This document shows, one piece after another, positions 18,508 to 20,000 of a stretch of 20,000 bases of DNA. This DNA comes from an uncultured virus (IMG/VR IMGVR_UViG_3300042460_000692) (taxonomy: Duplodnaviria > Heunggongvirae > Uroviricota > Caudoviricetes). The DNA is taken from positions 56,912 to 76,911 of IMG/VR virus record IMGVR_UViG_3300042460_000692; one strand, 5' to 3'. Below the pieces are notes generated by a model, which made no database searches, had not been told where the DNA came from, and worked only from the letters and a program-made list of their open reading frames with translations. Numbering within the stretch: the first letter of the stretch is position 1; the number at the start of each line of letters is the position of its first letter. A program made the position numbers and the translations under genes.

Positions 18508-18522
18508 TAAAAACAACAAACG

Positions 18523-19095
18523 ATGAGATTAACATTCACATTACAATCGGCATATACAGGAACAACATACGTTGCTGGTCCCTTTAACATTTCTGGAACA
18601 ACAAGTGCGGGAACAACCTATTGGTTGGCCACAGGGGTTACTAAAACACAATTAACCGCCGGACATGCAGTAGATACAATTTACGAAACTTTAACAGGTG
18701 GTACAATTGCTAGTACAGGAACATGTACAACGACAAGAAGTTGGCAGATTTCAGAACCTGAACCTGTAACAGTTAGTTTACAGGTTTATGGTAAAGACGA
18801 AGACGCTACACCTCAGAATGCTATCATAACATTTACAGTAAATGGTAGTTCACCTACCACTTTAAACAACCTTGAACCACTACCATCGAATTGTGGTTTA
18901 CTTTATACAATTAACAATTTGGAACTTGGAGATGTTGTGGTAATTGAAAGTGTAGACACATACCCAATGTCAGGAGTAGGTTCATCAACATGTCCAACAC
19001 AAAGTGGTAGTGCAACATCATACACACATACAATTGGCATTAGTAGTGGAACTGACTATGTTGCATTATCAATTAATTCCGGTGCTAGCGTTTAA
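18523..19095 (+). CDS. Small two-domain Thr/Ser/Gly-rich protein (190 aa), putative virion decoration or accessory protein
   Basis: An N-terminal beta-rich module of about 75 aa, an EPEP linker, then a beta-sandwich-like module with two Cys. It has its own upstream motif and downstream terminator. Confidence 0.7.
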   Translation: MRLTFTLQSAYTGTTYVAGPFNISGTTSAGTTYWLATGVTKTQLTAGHAVDTIYETLTGGTIASTGTCTTTRSWQISEPEPVTVSLQVYGKDEDATPQNAIITFTVNGSSPTTLNNLEPLPSNCGLLYTINNLELGDVVVIESVDTYPMSGVGSSTCPTQSGSATSYTHTIGISSGTDYVALSINSGASV

Positions 19096-19117
19096 ACAAT
19101 CAAAACTATTCAATATT

Positions 19118-19145
19118 AAAACCCCTTTATTATAAGGGGTTTTTT
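19118..19145 (+). terminator. Intrinsic terminator (possibly bidirectional)
   Basis: AAAACCCCTT (19118-19127) / AAGGGGTTTT (19134-19143), loop TATTAT, with a T-run to 19145. Confidence 0.88.
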
Positions 19146-19214
19146 GTTTATTTTGGTTTATTAGCCATTTTAAAATTTTAAAATTGATTATAATGATGAA
19201 AAGTTAATTTATGT

Positions 19215-19222
19215 TATTTATA
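19215..19222 (+). promoter_or_regulatory. TATTTATA motif, candidate late-gene promoter element
   Basis: 4 nt before the GTG at 19227, downstream of a strong terminator, so a new promoter is needed here. Confidence 0.5.
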
Positions 19223-19226
19223 GTAG

Positions 19227-20000
19227 GTGAAAAGAATAAAACATACCATACAAAGGAAGAGTATACTACAAGTAAAATTGGTTTCATTAACAGACCAAGC
19301 TTGGTATGACTATGATGGTAACATTATTTTTTGGAATACTTTATCAAACACAACGTTACTTACAGGTACAACTGTTTATAATATAACAGGAAGTACAGTT
19401 ACAGATGGACATTATGTGTGGGGTACACCAACCCCAAATATATGGAATTTTATTGACCCAACTAAAGTTTATGGAGACTATCAATTACCACTTTATTTAA
19501 ATGCAAAAGTTGATGAATATGGACCAATGGTTGAATTTGATGGTAACATCAATGATGATAAATTTAGTGCTAATTTCTCATATAGTGGTATATGTGGCTC
19601 AAGTACATTTGATTTAATTGTATATAACACAACAAATGTAGGTAAATTAAAACCAATGGAAACTGCGGTGTTTACGGTCTATTGGGGAGATGGTACATCT
19701 TCAAATTTACCGGTTAATGGACAAGCAACAAAACAATACACAAGCAATGGAGATAGAACTGTTATTGTAAAATTAGTATCACCATGGACAACTGAACAAG
19801 TAACTAAAATTATAACTGTTAATTGTGAGGCATTTGTAACGCCAACCCCAACACCAACAAAGACCCCAACTCCAACACCAACAAAGACCCCAACTCCAAC
19901 ACCTACTGCAACACCTACTGCAACCCCTACACCGACCACAAGTCCTACGTCAACCCCAACCCCTACACCGACAAGGACGCCAACACCTACGCCAACAGGG
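19227..20000 (+). CDS. Putative virion protein with a PKD-like domain and Pro-Thr linker; 3'-truncated by the window edge and absent from the ORF track
   Basis: Manual translation from the GTG at 19227 gives 258 codons with no stop: MKRIKHTIQRKSILQVKLVSLTDQAWYDYDG...FTVYWGDGTSSNLPVNGQATKQYTSNGDRTVIVKLVSPW...NCEAFVTPTPTPTKTPTPTPTKTPT... The WGDG...Y...G..TV pattern resembles a PKD domain. Confidence 0.8.
   Translation, partial: MKRIKHTIQRKSILQVKLVSLTDQAWYDYDGNIIFWNTLSNTTLLTGTTVYNITGSTVTDGHYVWGTPTPNIWNFIDPTKVYGDYQLPLYLNAKVDEYGPMVEFDGNINDDKFSANFSYSGICGSSTFDLIVYNTTNVGKLKPMETAVFTVYWGDGTSSNLPVNGQATKQYTSNGDRTVIVKLVSPWTTEQVTKIITVNCEAFVTPTPTPTKTPTPTPTKTPTPTPTATPTATPTPTTSPTSTPTPTPTRTPTPTPTG
19839..19997 (+). 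repeat. Pro-Thr linker-coding repeat, including a perfect 24-bp tandem duplication
   Basis: CCAACACCAACAAAGACCCCAACT at 19848-19871 and 19872-19895; encodes (TP)n with K/A/S/R substitutions. Confidence 0.95.

Noticed and set aside
19167..19184. Perfect 18-bp palindrome ATTTTAAAATTTTAAAAT as an operator
   Set aside because: It is a pure A/T low-complexity sequence in an AT-rich gap with no second copy seen, so there is not enough support.
17381..19903. 24-bp repeats as a CRISPR array or DGR template/variable repeats
   Set aside because: The copies are directly adjacent without spacers, lie in frame in PT linkers, show no adenine-specific mismatch pattern, and there is no cas or reverse transcriptase gene in the window.
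196..19939. Short alternative ORFs in the track (196-390, 348-542, 1643-1879, 4713-4925, 6972-7259, 7488-7724, 8744-9022, 9179-9430, 10333-10524, 11069-11254, 14554-14958, 14850-15050, 15604-15849, 19679-19939 on the minus strand; 17321-17515 on the plus strand)
   Set aside because: They overlap well-supported + strand genes and have no motifs. The VGVGV and QHQ ORFs are antisense or off-frame shadows of PT repeats.
1..20000. Stop-codon reassignment (all 13 complete gene ends use TAA)
   Set aside because: No gene is interrupted by an in-frame TAG or TGA and coding density is already near complete under the standard code. TAA preference is expected at this AT content. It cannot be excluded for the rest of the genome.

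Overview
An AT-rich (roughly one-third GC by eye), gene-dense segment of a large tailed dsDNA phage genome, very likely a contractile-tailed (myovirus-type) large or jumbo phage. All real genes are on the + strand. Positions 1-7704 are a replication, recombination and nucleotide-metabolism block: the 3' end of a probable ssDNA-binding protein, a RecA/UvsX recombinase, a 5'-3' (flap) exonuclease, a 151-aa unknown, a DnaB/gp41-type helicase, and class Ia ribonucleotide reductase nrdB-nrdA. An intrinsic terminator follows. Positions 7796-20000 are a virion block: gp25-like and gp6/baseplate-J-like wedge proteins, then five unannotated, Thr/Gly/Cys-rich probable structural proteins, the last of which is missing from the ORF track and runs off the window. 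A-rich leaders without Shine-Dalgarno sequences and the eukaryote-like RNR suggest a Bacteroidota host (inference). Four signals stand out. (1) A [S/T]-G-x-T motif is strongly enriched in the putative virion proteins only and is a candidate modification sequon. (2) A TATTTAT(A/T) motif precedes every independently initiated structural gene and is a candidate late promoter. (3) Pro-Thr linkers in two genes share near-identical DNA, suggesting module shuffling. (4) A tandem Cys-rich C...C...CxxC repeat domain follows one of those linkers.
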